From contig NW_027251778.1 in NCBI RefSeq assembly GCF_044704955.1, positions 372,001 through 436,000 of the forward strand: DNA of 64,000 bases, read 5' to 3'. The translations under genes and the position numbers were made by a program. Shown here piece after piece: positions 63,878-64,000 of the stretch; within the stretch, counting starts at the first letter, position 1, and the number at the start of each line of letters is the position of its first letter. The notes beneath the pieces were generated by a model, which was not told where the DNA came from, ran no database searches, and saw only the letters and a program-made list of their open reading frames with translations. Source of the DNA: Pristiophorus japonicus (Eukaryota).

Positions 63878-63895
63878 CGGTCCCTTCACAGATGC
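63878..63895 (-). CDS. Second TCR-beta-like C gene, 18-nt hinge micro-exon: xICEGT
   Basis: Minus strand: tttcattttatttcttacag|GCATCTGTGAAGGGACCG|GTAAGC, phase 1-1. Places a Cys exactly 13 residues before the AKxTY motif, the same spacing as in TRBC. Confidence 0.82.
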
Positions 63896-64000
63896 CTGTA
63901 AGAAATAAAATGAAAGTAGAAATTACTTCAATTATTTGTGCATCAAACATAGCTTTCAAATCAAACCCAGAGCATAAGGTAGGGTAGAATTCTTCACCCA

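Overview
This is eukaryotic, intron-containing, LINE/SINE-rich DNA, most likely from a cartilaginous fish (shark). That assignment is inferred from the Deu-domain SINEs, the CR1/L2 content and the TCR constant-region sequence. The window holds the 3' end of a T-cell receptor beta (TRB) locus on the + strand: three V segments with 23-type RSS (1-3420), one D segment with 12/23 RSS (15861-15874), eleven intact J segments with 12-RSS (16407-28246) and a four-exon C-beta gene (30098-36854). The main unexpected observation, missed by the ORF track, is a second, strongly diverged TCR-beta-like constant gene on the minus strand, tail-to-tail with the first. It has an 18-nt Cys hinge exon (63878-63895), a 110-nt transmembrane exon with the conserved antigen-receptor TM motif and Lys (53496-53605) and a cytoplasmic exon ending ...KGFD* (49277-49309). 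These three exons splice in frame; its Ig exon should lie beyond the right edge. Other points: one V has a broken heptamer and is followed by an apparently leaderless V; a candidate CTCF site lies in the V-D interval; two candidate enhancer blocks lie between the C genes; and there are several retroelement-derived minisatellites. Almost all other listed ORFs are decayed CR1/L2/RTE fragments or repeat artefacts. Repeat boundaries are approximate.
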